NCBI GenBank assembly: GCA_039630575.1
Contig: JBCNUW010000002.1
Location: 6,529 to 70,528, forward strand
Length of the DNA: 64,000 bases
Reading direction: 5' to 3'
Source of the DNA: Candidatus Hydrothermales bacterium
GTDB taxonomy: Bacteria; Hydrothermota; Hydrothermia; Hydrothermales; JAJRUZ01
Below, piece by piece: positions 1-11,100 of the stretch; position 1 is the stretch's first letter; each line of letters opens with the position of its first letter. The notes beneath the pieces are model-generated. The model saw only the letters and a program-made list of their open reading frames with translations. It was not told the origin of the DNA and did no database searches. Made by a program: the position numbers and the translations under genes.

Positions 1-1326
1 TGAAATCTCTATCTGACCTTTTTCCATTAATTTTTTATGTACAGAAATTATCGAATTTATTATTTTTTTATGAACCTCAACTATCCTTTTTACATCCTCC
101 TCTTTAAAGTTCTTCCCCTTTGTTAGTAAATCTTTTACCGTTACTTTCTCTCCACTCTCAAGCATAACTTCCTTTTCTCTAAAATCAGGATCAAGCCAAG
201 CTAGATTAAAATAAACTTTTAAATCTATAAGATCTTGGTCACTAAATTTTAATTTATTTAGTTTTTTATCAAGTAACTCAGAATATCTTGGAAAAGTTCT
301 TATTACTTTATCCCAATTAGCATCAAAAAATCTTTCAATTAAATAATTTCTTTCCTCTTCTTGCATTTCTTTAATGGGTTTTAATGAAAGACGCATAGCT
401 TTATCTTGTGTACCCTTCATTAAATCAAGAATCATCTCCAAAAGAGAAGGAGTTAAGTTTATGGTTAAATGAATTTCTGGATAATCTTCAAGAATTTTTG
501 CCATATCATAATAATCTTTCGTTCCATGTAATCTAACCCAAGGTGATAGATAATCACCAGTTTCATCCTTTGGATACCTCGGTTGATGCTGATGCCATAA
601 AATCAAAAGAATAAGTGGAAAACCCCTATATTCTATCTCACTTGCTATTAATCTATCCCTTGGAATATGTTCTATTTCCTCTGATTTTTTTAGGATCTTT
701 TTATCATGAGTTAGTATAAACACAGAATTGAATCCTCCAAATCCGTCATCGACCTTTGCAGGATTGTGTGGGTCTTCCTTCCATTTATGGTCATCTATAA
801 CAAATTTATACTCATACCTACCAGGCGGAAGAGGTATAATTATTTCAAAGAAACCGCCTTCCTTTTTTTCCATAACATTTGCATTTTTATCCCAGTTATT
901 AAAAGTTCCTGCAACACAAACTTTTTTTGCTTGTATATCAAAAAACCTAAACCTTACTCCGTGTTCTGTTATCTCAAGTGATTCAATAAGCTTTGGTTCA
1001 GTAATAATTTTAAAATCCTCTGTTAATATAAAAGCTGAATTGAAACCTCCAAAGCCGTCATCTACTTTCCATTTGTTATCCGGATCTTCTCTCCATAAGT
1101 TTCCATTTATTACGAACTTGTAAGTGTAAAATCCTGGTTTTAAAGAAAGTTCAATTCTAAAATTTCCCTCAGAAGTTCTTTCCATTGGATTTAAATAGGG
1201 ATTCCAATTGTTAAAAGTACCTGCAATATTTACCCTTTCAGCCTCCGGAAAATAAACCTCAAAAATTACTTTGTTATTTTTACCTAAATAGATAACTGAA
1301 AAAAGTAGAAAGATTAACTCTTTCAT
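1..1326 (-). CDS. GH57-family glycoside hydrolase (alpha-amylase/amylopullulanase-like) with two N-terminal CBM48/glycogen-binding modules; 3' end runs off the window
   Basis: Own translation of the minus strand from the ATG (revcomp of 1324-1326) gives MKELIFLLFSVIYLGKNN... It has two repeats of '..AGTFNNW....PG(F/R)YxYKFVI(N/D)...DPxN' (AMPK-beta/CBM48-like). These are followed by 'LILWHQHQP', which is GH57 conserved region I. The gene is absent from the ORF track because no stop lies inside the window. Confidence 0.75.
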   Translation of the reverse strand, partial: MKELIFLLFSVIYLGKNNKVIFEVYFPEAERVNIAGTFNNWNPYLNPMERTSEGNFRIELSLKPGFYTYKFVINGNLWREDPDNKWKVDDGFGGFNSAFILTEDFKIITEPKLIESLEITEHGVRFRFFDIQAKKVCVAGTFNNWDKNANVMEKKEGGFFEIIIPLPPGRYEYKFVIDDHKWKEDPHNPAKVDDGFGGFNSVFILTHDKKILKKSEEIEHIPRDRLIASEIEYRGFPLILLILWHQHQPRYPKDETGDYLSPWVRLHGTKDYYDMAKILEDYPEIHLTINLTPSLLEMILDLMKGTQDKAMRLSLKPIKEMQEEERNYLIERFFDANWDKVIRTFPRYSELLDKKLNKLKFSDQDLIDLKVYFNLAWLDPDFREKEVMLESGEKVTVKDLLTKGKNFKEEDVKRIVEVHKKIINSIISVHKKLMEKGQIEIS

Positions 1327-1351
1327 AACAAATAATTTTATAATATTTTTT

Positions 1352-2350
1352 TTAATTACTCAAGTTTTTTAAGTAATCTAAACCCTTTTTAAAATCTTCA
1401 GGATAATCAGCTTTAACCTCAATTTTTCTTTCATAAATAGGATGTATGAAAGAAATTTTGTAAGCATGTAATGCTTGAGTAGAAAAAATTTTAAGAAGAT
1501 TTTTGACCTCCTCCTTTTTATCTGATCCAGTAATATTTAATATTTTTCTTGCTTCCCTTCCGCTATAAAGTGGATCCCCAACTATCGGGTGACCTATATA
1601 TTCCATATGAACTCTTATCTGATGAGTTCTTCCTGTTAAAAGATGTATTTTAAGTAATGAACAAATTTTATCAAATTCTTCTAAAACCTCATAAAGAGTT
1701 TTAGCAGGTTTTGAATTTTCGTAAGTTACTTTCCTTTTTAACCTGTTCACAGGATCTCTTCCAATTGGAGCATCTATTTCTAAAGATTTTTGTGGCATCA
1801 TTCCCCATACAAGCGCCCTATATTCCCTCTTTATTTCCCTCCTTTCCATCATAATACCAAGTTTTGTCAAAGCTTCCTTGTTTTTTGCTATTATCATACA
1901 ACCACTTGTATCTTTATCAAGACGATGAATTATACCGGCTCTTATATTTTCCTCATCCTCGTCCTCTGGAACAGGAAGCTCACCGTACTTAAAGATAAGT
2001 CCATGAACAATTGTGCCAGAGTGATGTCCCTTAGCTGGATGGACAACAATACCTTTTGGTTTATTGATAACAGCAAGATGTTCGTCTTCGTATATAATCT
2101 CAAAGGGAACTTCCTCCGGAACTAATTCTCTTTTTGGTTCTTCCTTTATTCTTATTGATATATGCTCACCCTCCTTTACTCTATAACTCGGTTTTTTTAC
2201 CACTTTTCCGTTAACTTCAACAAGCCCCTCCTCTATTGCTTTTTTTATTCTCTCTCTTGAAATACCACATCCACTTTGATAGAGATAAAGATCAAGTCTT
2301 TTACCTTTTGATTTTATGTTTACTATTCTCTCAAAAATCTTCTCTTGCAT
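1352..2350 (-). CDS. rluD: RluA-family 23S rRNA pseudouridine synthase (RluD-like, S4 domain + catalytic HRLDKDTSG)
   Basis: The 332 aa product has an N-terminal S4-like 'KRLDLYL' and the catalytic motif 'HRLDKDTSGCMIIAKN'. Confidence 0.85.
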   Translation of the reverse strand: MQEKIFERIVNIKSKGKRLDLYLYQSGCGISRERIKKAIEEGLVEVNGKVVKKPSYRVKEGEHISIRIKEEPKRELVPEEVPFEIIYEDEHLAVINKPKGIVVHPAKGHHSGTIVHGLIFKYGELPVPEDEDEENIRAGIIHRLDKDTSGCMIIAKNKEALTKLGIMMERREIKREYRALVWGMMPQKSLEIDAPIGRDPVNRLKRKVTYENSKPAKTLYEVLEEFDKICSLLKIHLLTGRTHQIRVHMEYIGHPIVGDPLYSGREARKILNITGSDKKEEVKNLLKIFSTQALHAYKISFIHPIYERKIEVKADYPEDFKKGLDYLKNLSN

Positions 2351-3059
2351 ATGGATACTTCTTTAAAAACTCTCTCTGAATCTCGAAAATTTCAACTACT
2401 TTTTCTCTTGCCCTCTCTATCATTAAATTTAAAAAATTAATATCTATACCTCTTCTTTCACTTGTTCCCTGTATCTCTAATATCTTTCCTGATTCAGTAA
2501 AAAATAAATTTAGATCAAATTCACATAAGTGATCCTCCTCATAGGAAAGGTCAAGATAAATCTCATTACCCATTTTTCCAACAGTTATACCACAAACAAG
2601 TTCAAAATCAGGAAATTCTTTTATGAGATTATTTTTCTTCATAAAGTTAAGAGCTTGGTAAATTGCACATGATGCACCAGTTATAGCAAGTGCCCTTGTG
2701 CTACCATCAGCCTGTAAAACTTCTACATCACATAAGAGAGTGTATTCACCAATTTTTTTTCTATCAACTCCGCCTCTTAAAACTCTTGAGATTATCCTTG
2801 ATAACTCTATAGACCTTTTGTCTTTTATTCTCATTTCTATAGGTTTTCTATCATCAACTGCTCTTGGATGCATCCAGTAGTAAGCCTTTATCCATCCCTC
2901 TCCTGTTCCTTTTAAAAATTGTGGAACTTTATTTTCTATACTTACCGTTATCATAACCTTCGTCTTTCCTGCCTCAACATATACACTACCTTCTGCGTTA
3001 ATTTCTCCTTTTTTTAAAACAATTCTCCTCAGTTCCTCCCTTTTTTCTTTCTCTCTCAC
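2331..3059 (-). CDS. rph: Ribonuclease PH
   Basis: The 242 aa product shows the typical RNase PH N-terminus 'LRRIVLKKGEINAEGSVYVEAGKTKVMITVS'. It overlaps rluD by 20 nt. Confidence 0.85.
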   Translation of the reverse strand: MREKEKREELRRIVLKKGEINAEGSVYVEAGKTKVMITVSIENKVPQFLKGTGEGWIKAYYWMHPRAVDDRKPIEMRIKDKRSIELSRIISRVLRGGVDRKKIGEYTLLCDVEVLQADGSTRALAITGASCAIYQALNFMKKNNLIKEFPDFELVCGITVGKMGNEIYLDLSYEEDHLCEFDLNLFFTESGKILEIQGTSERRGIDINFLNLMIERAREKVVEIFEIQREFLKKYPYAREDF

Positions 3060-3067
3060 ACTTTACT

Positions 3068-3322
3068 CTACGAGGTTTCTTTCTTTAACCTTTTAATTTC
3101 CTCCTCAAGTTCCTTTATTTTCTCTTTAAGTTTCTCTTTCTCTCTAACCCTACTCAGAAAATACATTCTATACAGGATTCCAAGTGTAATTAAAAGAAAA
3201 ATTATATTGAAAAATGAGATATACTTTAAATCAATAGGTTCAAGAATCTCTAACCACAGAAGTAAATCATAGAGAAAATTAACAAAAGAGAGGATAAATA
3301 AAACAAAAACCCATACAACCAC
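3068..3322 (-). CDS. Small membrane protein with C-terminal coiled-coil (hypothetical)
   Basis: The 84 aa product has two hydrophobic helices followed by 'EKEKLKEKIKELEEEIKRLKKE'. Confidence 0.4.
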   Translation of the reverse strand: MVVWVFVLFILSFVNFLYDLLLWLEILEPIDLKYISFFNIIFLLITLGILYRMYFLSRVREKEKLKEKIKELEEEIKRLKKETS

Positions 3323-3347
3323 TTTTTAACCTCCCTAAATAGTTACT

Positions 3348-4085
3348 TTACAAAATATCTTTAAAAGTATAAAATCCGTTTTTTAAATTTAAAATTTTTT
3401 TGGCAACTAACAGGGCACCTCTTGCAAAAACTTTCCTTGAATACACTTTATGAGTGAACTCAATTACCTCATCTCCCTTTGAAAGAAACACTGTATGCTC
3501 CCCAGGAATGTTTCCTACTCTGAATCCAGAAATCAAAACTTCATCCTTTTTCTTTAACCCTTTTCTCTCAAAAATTGGAAAGACCCTATTGTTAACATTT
3601 TCCTTCCACTCATTAAAAAGATAGAAAGCTGTTCCACTTGGTGCATCCTTTTTGCCTGTATGATGTATCTCCATTATCTCAATCTCATATTCTTTTAGAA
3701 ATTCTCTAAATTTTTTAAAAAAACTTGCTATTAAATGGATACCCAAAGACATGTTTGGTGAATAAAAAACAGGAACCTTTAAGGAGAGTTCCTTAAATTT
3801 TTCAAAATGCTTTTCCTCAAGAGCAGTTGTACCAACTATATATGGTTTCGGTCTATCTATAAGTTTTAAAGTGTTTTGAAAAGTAGCTTCAGGATCTGTA
3901 AACTCTAAATAAACATCTACTTTATCATATACATTCCTTAAATCACTCTCATATTTGATCCCTTTATACTCACCTATCACACCCTCTTTTTCTATTAAAG
4001 CACCAATTTTTATTCCTTCTTCCTCAGCAACCTCAATGAGAGTTTTTCCCATCCTACCGTTAGCACCTACAATTCCTATTATCAT
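3348..4085 (-). CDS. dapB: 4-hydroxy-tetrahydrodipicolinate reductase
   Basis: The 245 aa product starts 'MIIGIVGANGRMGKTLI' (NAD(P)-binding) and has a DapB-like C-terminal domain with 'HHTGKKDAPSGTA'. Confidence 0.85.
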   Translation of the reverse strand: MIIGIVGANGRMGKTLIEVAEEEGIKIGALIEKEGVIGEYKGIKYESDLRNVYDKVDVYLEFTDPEATFQNTLKLIDRPKPYIVGTTALEEKHFEKFKELSLKVPVFYSPNMSLGIHLIASFFKKFREFLKEYEIEIMEIHHTGKKDAPSGTAFYLFNEWKENVNNRVFPIFERKGLKKKDEVLISGFRVGNIPGEHTVFLSKGDEVIEFTHKVYSRKVFARGALLVAKKILNLKNGFYTFKDIL

Positions 4086-5167
4086 AGATATGTTCCAAAA
4101 TCTTTTACTTTTTCATTATCTATATTTAAAATAAAAGAAACTGAAAGTTTTAAGGCACTATCAAAATCATCTCTATGCATTAAGGCATGAAAACCATGGA
4201 TATACCTTGTTGGAACTCCTATAATTGCAGATGGAACACCCTCTTTAAAAAGATGGACTCTTCCAGTATCGTATCCTCCCATAGGAACGGTTACAATATG
4301 ATACTTAATGTTTTCCTTCTGTGCTAAATCCCTTAAAAATCTTATTAATTTTCTGTTTCCAATCATCGTGTAATCAAAAACTACAATTGAACAACCATTT
4401 CCCATCTTAGCATCACTTTTTTCCTTGGCTGCTGGTGTATCATCAGAAATCGACACATCAAGGGCAATACCTACATCTGGTTCTACAAGCCATGAAGATG
4501 TACCTGCACCTCTTAAACCTACCTCTTCCTGAACTGAAAAAACACCATAGACAGTACCGTTAAATTCTTTATCCTTTATCTCTTCAAAAATCCTTACTAA
4601 AAGAGCAGCTCCATATCTATTATCAAAGGCTTTTGCAGAATAAACCTTTTCATTTCCAAAAATTTTAAACTCCGAATAAGGTGCTATTGGGTCACCAACT
4701 TCAATTTCTAATTTTTCCTTTGGATTAAACTGAGTATCTACACCAAAATCTATCCATAAATCTTCTAATTCAGGAAGCTTTGAAAGTTCCTCCCTTTTTC
4801 TTAATAAATGAGGAGGGGTTGACCCCACTACTCCTAAGAATTTTTTTCCACTTTTTGTTTTCACAACAACCAACTGATCTATAAGAGTTGCACTCCACCA
4901 GCCACCTAATGGTAAAAATTTTACATAACCATCTTGCGTAAACCCTCTAACCATCAATCCAATTTCATCCATATGGGCTATAAACATTACCCTCGGTCTA
5001 TCACTTTTACCCTTTTTTACTGCTATTATTGAACCTAACCTGTCAGTTTTGATATCGTCAACTGTATCTTTTATGTAGTTTAATATCACTGACCTTATTT
5101 CATCTTCAAAACCAGGTGGGCCAAAGGCCTCAGTTAAATCTTTTATAACTTTTTCTGTATGATCCAT
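4082..5167 (-). CDS. M42 family metallopeptidase (glutamyl aminopeptidase / CelM-FrvX-like)
   Basis: The 361 aa product has 'MFIAHMDEIGLMVRG' and 'GAFDNRYG', the metal-binding motifs of M42 peptidases. It is 4-nt coupled to dapB. Confidence 0.8.
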   Translation of the reverse strand: MDHTEKVIKDLTEAFGPPGFEDEIRSVILNYIKDTVDDIKTDRLGSIIAVKKGKSDRPRVMFIAHMDEIGLMVRGFTQDGYVKFLPLGGWWSATLIDQLVVVKTKSGKKFLGVVGSTPPHLLRKREELSKLPELEDLWIDFGVDTQFNPKEKLEIEVGDPIAPYSEFKIFGNEKVYSAKAFDNRYGAALLVRIFEEIKDKEFNGTVYGVFSVQEEVGLRGAGTSSWLVEPDVGIALDVSISDDTPAAKEKSDAKMGNGCSIVVFDYTMIGNRKLIRFLRDLAQKENIKYHIVTVPMGGYDTGRVHLFKEGVPSAIIGVPTRYIHGFHALMHRDDFDSALKLSVSFILNIDNEKVKDFGTYL

Positions 5168-5182
5168 CTTTTATTCTCCTTT

Positions 5183-6322
5183 TTATTTAGTCTCTGAAAC
5201 TTCCTTTTTTTCCTCTTTTTCTTCCACTTCAGGCATATAACTTTCTGGCTCCTCTTCCTCCTTCAAAAGATCAATATCATCCTTCTTTTTATAAAGAGCT
5301 ATAAAAATAAAGTTGTTCCCTGAAAAAAACATACTTGCTATATAAGATAAAACCATAAATATAAGAGCATAACCAAAAAAGCCTAAAAACCATCCAAGAA
5401 TATCCCCCCATAGTCCTAATGAACCCGGATCCTCTGGAATGTAAAGTAAAGCACTTGCCCCTATCTTTTCAAAGTAAGGATATAACTCGGAAAGGAATTT
5501 ATAGTCAGGTAAAAGAGAATTTGCCTTTTCAATTATAGATGGGAAAAGTGGATAAGCCTTTGAAAGTACAACTACAGCAACTAAAACTGCCTTTGAAACA
5601 AAAAAAGTAAAAATAGAGCCAGCAACAAACATAACACCTAAAAGAAGAAGTTCATATAAAAATAACCTCCATGGCTCTTCGTTAATTGTTGAAAAAATTT
5701 CAAAAAGGGTGTCAAAGGTATCATTACCAGTAGTACCTACAATTGAAGGCGAAATAATAAGGGAAACAATCAAGGAAAAGAAAATGTATACTAAAAACAT
5801 ACAAGTAAAAAAAGCAGGTATTGAAAATAAAATAAATACTAATGTTCCTAAAAGAGGTATCCGTGATATTAAACCCCATATAAAACCAATTAGTAAAATT
5901 AAAATAATTAAAATTATTAGTAAAATCGGTGTCAGAAAGGAAGATTTACCCTTTGTAATTGAAAATTTCAAAGCTTCTTTAATTTCATAAAACTCATCAC
6001 CTTTTAACTGTTCATAGTGAATTTTTGAAACAGCAGTACCAAATATAAAAAAGATCAGTAAAAAAATAATTAATCCTATAAAATGAAAAACTTTTCCTTC
6101 AAATGATAAAGGTTCAAAGAATATAATAGGTAAGAACTTATATGTCCCCCACACAGTTTTAAAATCCCAACCACTTAAAAGTAATGCAATGTATGAGAAA
6201 AATGAATAAAAAAATGAACCAAGAACTAACCCCATAAAGAAAACCCACATTTTTTTAACTGATAGTCCAAATCTTGCAGCTCTAAATACATCCTTGAAAT
6301 TGTAGTGGAGTTTTACTGGCAT
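5183..6322 (-). CDS. Polytopic membrane protein with acidic C-terminal tail (hypothetical)
   Basis: The 379 aa product has about 8 hydrophobic segments. Its C-terminus is 'KKKDDIDLLKEEEEPESYMPEVEEKEEKKEVSETK'. Confidence 0.55.
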   Translation of the reverse strand: MPVKLHYNFKDVFRAARFGLSVKKMWVFFMGLVLGSFFYSFFSYIALLLSGWDFKTVWGTYKFLPIIFFEPLSFEGKVFHFIGLIIFLLIFFIFGTAVSKIHYEQLKGDEFYEIKEALKFSITKGKSSFLTPILLIILIILILLIGFIWGLISRIPLLGTLVFILFSIPAFFTCMFLVYIFFSLIVSLIISPSIVGTTGNDTFDTLFEIFSTINEEPWRLFLYELLLLGVMFVAGSIFTFFVSKAVLVAVVVLSKAYPLFPSIIEKANSLLPDYKFLSELYPYFEKIGASALLYIPEDPGSLGLWGDILGWFLGFFGYALIFMVLSYIASMFFSGNNFIFIALYKKKDDIDLLKEEEEPESYMPEVEEKEEKKEVSETK

Positions 6323-6396
6323 AACTGGATTTTAAATTTTTAAAAAGGAATTGAACCTAAAATTAATTTTAAATGAGAATTAATTTAGTTTTCAAT

Positions 6397-8136
6397 TTAA
6401 AAGCGAAATTCAACACCCAATGTTAAAAGAAAAAGCTTTGATAAAAGTTTCTCTGATATTAAACTTATTCTATTATACCTCAAATAGGAGTTTTTCATTA
6501 ACTCAAGATTCGAACCCTTTTCGATAAGAAATATTCTTCTTGCCCATTCGTCCTCATCAAGTGTATAAGGATCAAGTCCATAGGAAATAAAAAAGAAATT
6601 CTTTTCCTTTATTATTCTTCTTAATTCTAAATAAGGTGCAAGAAAGGAATTTTTAATTTTTAAATGAGATGCATTAAAAACCATCAGTCTTAAATCTAAA
6701 TATAATTCATAACTCTTTAAAAATTTATTAATTGATTTAAAAATAAACTCTGTAGCGATGGGAGAATAAAAAAATCCAGAAGATGAAAATCTTCCTATAA
6801 TAGATATGGGCATAAAAGATGGTTTAACTTCAAAAATTATTGATAAAAGTTCTTTAAAACCCATAGAAAAGGTCTCAAAATACATAAGTTGATTTATCCT
6901 ATGAAAATAAAAAAGATCACTAAAGGGAAATTCTTTTTTTAAATTAAAATAGTAGTGCTTTAACCTAAAAATAATATTTTCACTTTTTAAAAATAAGCTT
7001 GAAATCAAAAGACCACCTCTATAGGTTCCCGGAAATTTTATAAAATCATTTAAATCATACTCCAAGGAAAATCCACTTTTAAGTCGGGATGAATACATAA
7101 AAGAACCATAAAACCTCAAAAAATCTATTAATTTTATGGTATGTTTAAAGGGTTCCCCATTAGATTTTTCATCTGCCCTCCAAAAGAGCTCTCCTTTTCC
7201 AGATGCGAAAATTAATTCAAAATTTCTTATTTTTTTCTTTAAATCTAAACTGAAAAAATTTTCTTCCTTATAGGAATTAAAAAAAATAAGTTTATTATCA
7301 ATAGTAAGAGAATCTGGAGAAAGACTACCATAAGTTCTATCAAATCCCTTACTTTTAAAATAATTTAGTGCTAAATCTTTTAAAACACTGAACCTTGAAA
7401 AAATTAAATCTCTACCCTCCTTCCATCCATTAGAATAGAGAAAATCGAAATAAAAAATTTTTGACTTGTAATTTAAAATAAAACCCTCTTCCTCTCTACC
7501 AAAATCCTTATGAAACTCTCCAATGTTTCCTGTTAGATCAAAAGGCTCAATTGAAGATAAAACAAATTTGTTGTAAAAACCTCTTATAAATAAATTACCT
7601 TCCCTTAGACTAAACTCAGCTCTTTCAAAAAAAACTGGTATGGCTCCGTCACCTTCAAGGTTTTTGCTCTGATACCTCAACCTAATCCATAACATTGAAT
7701 TATATGGAAAAAACCCTTTTATATCTAACTTCGAATCACCTATAGTGAGAATTTTTCTTAAAGTGTCTTCAAAGTTTAAATAAAACCTTATATCACCAGA
7801 AAAATTAACACTTTTGTTCCAATCAGTGTTTGATAATGTAAGTGGAATAATTTTTTCACCCTTTTCTGTAATTTCAATTAAAGAATTTCCAAAGGTTCCA
7901 ACTTTTAACGGATTCTCCGGATCATTTACCCAACTCCCATCTACTATGAACTTATACTCATACCTTCCAGGTTCAAGGTCTACCTCTATTTCCCAAAAGT
8001 CCCCCCTTTTTTCCATTTTTAAAGCCCCTTTTTCCCAATCTGTAAAATCTCCAGCTAGAAAAACTGACCTTGCATCGGGTGCTTTTATCTTAAATTTAAT
8101 TGGATAAAGAATTAAAATTAAAATCAAAAATTTCAT
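6397..8136 (-). CDS. CBM48 (glycogen/starch-binding, AMPK-beta-like) domain fused to a large aromatic-rich beta-strand region; putative outer-membrane glucan-binding protein
   Basis: The 579 aa product has a signal peptide, then 'APDARSVFLAGDFTDWEKGALKMEKRGDFWEIEVDLEPGRYEYKFIVDGSWVNDPENP' (CBM48 signature). The remaining ~480 aa are Y/F-rich with alternating hydrophobicity. Confidence 0.6.
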   Translation of the reverse strand: MKFLILILILYPIKFKIKAPDARSVFLAGDFTDWEKGALKMEKRGDFWEIEVDLEPGRYEYKFIVDGSWVNDPENPLKVGTFGNSLIEITEKGEKIIPLTLSNTDWNKSVNFSGDIRFYLNFEDTLRKILTIGDSKLDIKGFFPYNSMLWIRLRYQSKNLEGDGAIPVFFERAEFSLREGNLFIRGFYNKFVLSSIEPFDLTGNIGEFHKDFGREEEGFILNYKSKIFYFDFLYSNGWKEGRDLIFSRFSVLKDLALNYFKSKGFDRTYGSLSPDSLTIDNKLIFFNSYKEENFFSLDLKKKIRNFELIFASGKGELFWRADEKSNGEPFKHTIKLIDFLRFYGSFMYSSRLKSGFSLEYDLNDFIKFPGTYRGGLLISSLFLKSENIIFRLKHYYFNLKKEFPFSDLFYFHRINQLMYFETFSMGFKELLSIIFEVKPSFMPISIIGRFSSSGFFYSPIATEFIFKSINKFLKSYELYLDLRLMVFNASHLKIKNSFLAPYLELRRIIKEKNFFFISYGLDPYTLDEDEWARRIFLIEKGSNLELMKNSYLRYNRISLISEKLLSKLFLLTLGVEFRF

Positions 8137-8140
8137 AAAT

Positions 8141-11100
8141 CTAATTCGTTAATCTTATGATCTTAAAGACTTGAACTTCACCTTTTTCCTTTTCAATCCT
8201 AATAAAGTAAATACCAGATTCTGTCTTCGGAATTTGAATTTTTTTGTCAAAAAATTTCTTTTCAAAAATCTTTCTTCCAGTAATGTCGTATATCTTTAAA
8301 TTTAAATCTTTATCATAAAAGTTAAAGAAATATTTAGGGTTTATAGTATTAATAAAAAATTTACTTTCCTTTTTTTCATATTTTTCTTCTATCATCAAAA
8401 TCTTCATTAGAATAAATTCTACAGGCTCAATTCTTAGGTTTAGTATTCTCCAACGGGGAACCTGCCACTCAAGAGAACCCTCGTTGAAGGTCTTGTAAGT
8501 ACCTACTGCAAGATAAATTGAATCTGGATCACTTCCTAACAAGTTCCTTAAATAAATGACCCCCTCCATTATTCCTGTATCGGAAGAAAAGGCCTTAAAT
8601 TTAAAGTTAAAGGTATCATTTACAATATTTTCGAGAGAATCAAAGAATGAAATGAAGCTGTTATCATTCTCATCAGCAAGAAAAAAATTATAAAAACCAA
8701 CACTATCCTTTTTAGCCCATGGAGATTTCACAATCTTTTTATAGGGATTAAAGCTTATAAAAATAAAGTGATCATTATTAAACCTATCATTGGAGTTTCC
8801 AGCAGCCTCTGTTGCTATATACAATCTTCCAGAATCTCTATCATAAAATCCCCAAAGATGCATTTGAGGATTCTCGGCAATAAGAGGAACACCGGGATCT
8901 AACTTACCATCCATTACAAAGTTTAATTTACCTACTATAAAGCTATCATTTCTGTTTAGCCATGAAATGTTATAAGAAGAATCTTTTGCATAAATTGTAT
9001 AAATAATTTTAGTTCCATTAGGATGAGGCGATATTATACCCTTATAAGTATAAGATGAATCCTTTTTCATTAAAGTCTTAAAAATATTAATCCAGTTGTT
9101 ATTTGTCCAGTATAAAATAACTGAATCAACTCCCGAGGGATCAATAGCTTTAATTTTTACTGTTACAGAGTCAGAGGAAGTAATATTATAAACTGGATTT
9201 CTTTGAAGATCAAAAAGAAGAGGACCTTCACGATCACCAGGTCCAATAAAAGGTAGGTCAGGAACACCTCTACCAGCATAAAGATATATGTTAAAGTTTC
9301 CAGATATATTTCCTATTTCAACTTTTTCTCCAGCAAAGACCCTTGATATTAAATTAAATTTTAAACCTATGCCAGACTCCCAAAGGATAAAAACACCTCT
9401 TCCTGATTTTCTGTTTCTAAAGCCTCCATACATCCAACCGTTAGGTGAGATATCATTTTCAAAATCAAGATTATAATAATTAAAAATAAGATAGTAAAGA
9501 TCAGGTGAGAAAACAGCCTTAGACCATATTATATATGGCGAGCTATAAGTTAATTTTATAAAATTTTTACCTCTTTTAAAAGAATATGTTTTTAAAATAC
9601 CTTGACTTTCAAAAGAAATAAAAGCATTTCCGGTGTCAGAATAAAAACTATAAAGATTATACAGATTGTTCTCAAAAAAAGCATCTTCACCAAATCCTGA
9701 ATGATTGTAATCAGAATGATCACCCTCCCCTTGCCAATAAGTAAAAAAGTTTCCAATATAAACAGAACCTGAAGAATCACAGAGAAATACCATTTTTCCT
9801 CCTATTCTTTCGAAAACTGCAAGAAATACATCTGTTCCTATCACGTATTCCATGAATCCATCCCCATCTATATCGGCTGAATCCTTAAAAACACTTCTTG
9901 TAGAATAAAGCCAGTTTGAAGCGTAAGCAAAAATATTTGCTTTTCCTGTATGATTCCATAAATTTCTCCCCCAAAAAACAAGTTCACCTCCAGGACCTGA
10001 ATGCCAAGCTGTTTCGTATAAAAGGGAATTTAAAGTTAAAAATCCAAGAATTTTTAAATTACTACTTTGTAAATTTTTAAGACTATTCCATGAAAAGAGC
10101 CATAAATCCTCATAGTCTCCTTTTATTCCATTTAGATTTATGTCAGGAGCGTCATGATCAGTTCCATAGGCTTTAACACTCTTAAAGTGATTGTACCAGT
10201 TGTCATAGTTTCCACCCGTCCATCCATGAAGTTCATGGTATGCTGAATAGTTAATATAAATAGTTGGTGGGTCGTTGTATGGATTTTGGTCATATATTCT
10301 GTCAACACCCCACCATTTTGCAGCTTCAGCAACATGGATGGGTTGCATCCACCCTTCGTTTCTTGCTGAGGAAAGCCAAGCAATGTTAGCATCATAAGAG
10401 TTTGAAGGTGCTCCAGCATATCCAAAATCCCAACCTGCAACACCTGCAGCTTTTTCCCAATCATCACCATAAACACAAATTTGTTCTTGATCCCATGAAT
10501 TTGCAAGATCCTGAAAGTGAGTATACAAAAATGTATTTGGAACATAATTCCATACCCAAAAATCTCTTGCATGTTTTTGAATAAAAATAATAAATACTCG
10601 ATGACCATCCTCTATCATTTGATGCACCTTATGACTGTTATAACAGGGTGTGCCATCAGGGAAAGTGTGACTGTACCATTCGTGAACGTTATCATCTAAA
10701 AGTATACATGGTGACACATGTCTACCCCATGAATCTTTTTTACCGTAAATTGAATCTAAGAGTGCCACAAGAGAGTATGGCATTAAATTTTTGCTTTTAA
10801 AAACTCTCTCAGGAATCCATATAACCGTAGGATGGTCTGGCCATCCCTCACCTTTTATAAGTGAATCGTCTTGTATTCTTTTGATTATAAAACCAAACTT
10901 ATTTATCTCTCTTGCAGCATAAGGTAAGATATTTTGTCCATAAACACTTCCAACAATATCAACAAGATCACTTTCTAAACGACTTAAAAGTCCCCTATCA
11001 TTTAAAAAAAAGGCATAAGAGCTTGTTAAAGTTCCAGAAATATGGATATCAACAGGGATGTTATAATAGAAATGGGAGTCAAGGACTCTATGGTATGAAT

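Noticed and set aside
728-1123. Plus-strand ORFs 728..1123 and 766..981 (131/71 aa)
   Set aside because: They are antisense shadows inside the minus-strand GH57/CBM48 gene. They are low-complexity with no motif.
1790-2125. Plus-strand 111-aa ORF inside rluD
   Set aside because: It is antisense to a well-supported CDS and has proline/phenylalanine-rich junk composition.
6505-6535. tRNA-like 'GGGTTCGAATC' T-loop motif
   Set aside because: The flanking sequence cannot form a T-stem or acceptor stem, and it lies inside the 579-aa CDS. No convincing tRNA cloverleaf was seen anywhere in the window.
10138-10608. 156-aa minus-strand ORF and several 60-aa ORFs inside the 1028-aa gene
   Set aside because: They are alternative-frame or antisense overlaps of a CDS with recognisable GH57 motifs.
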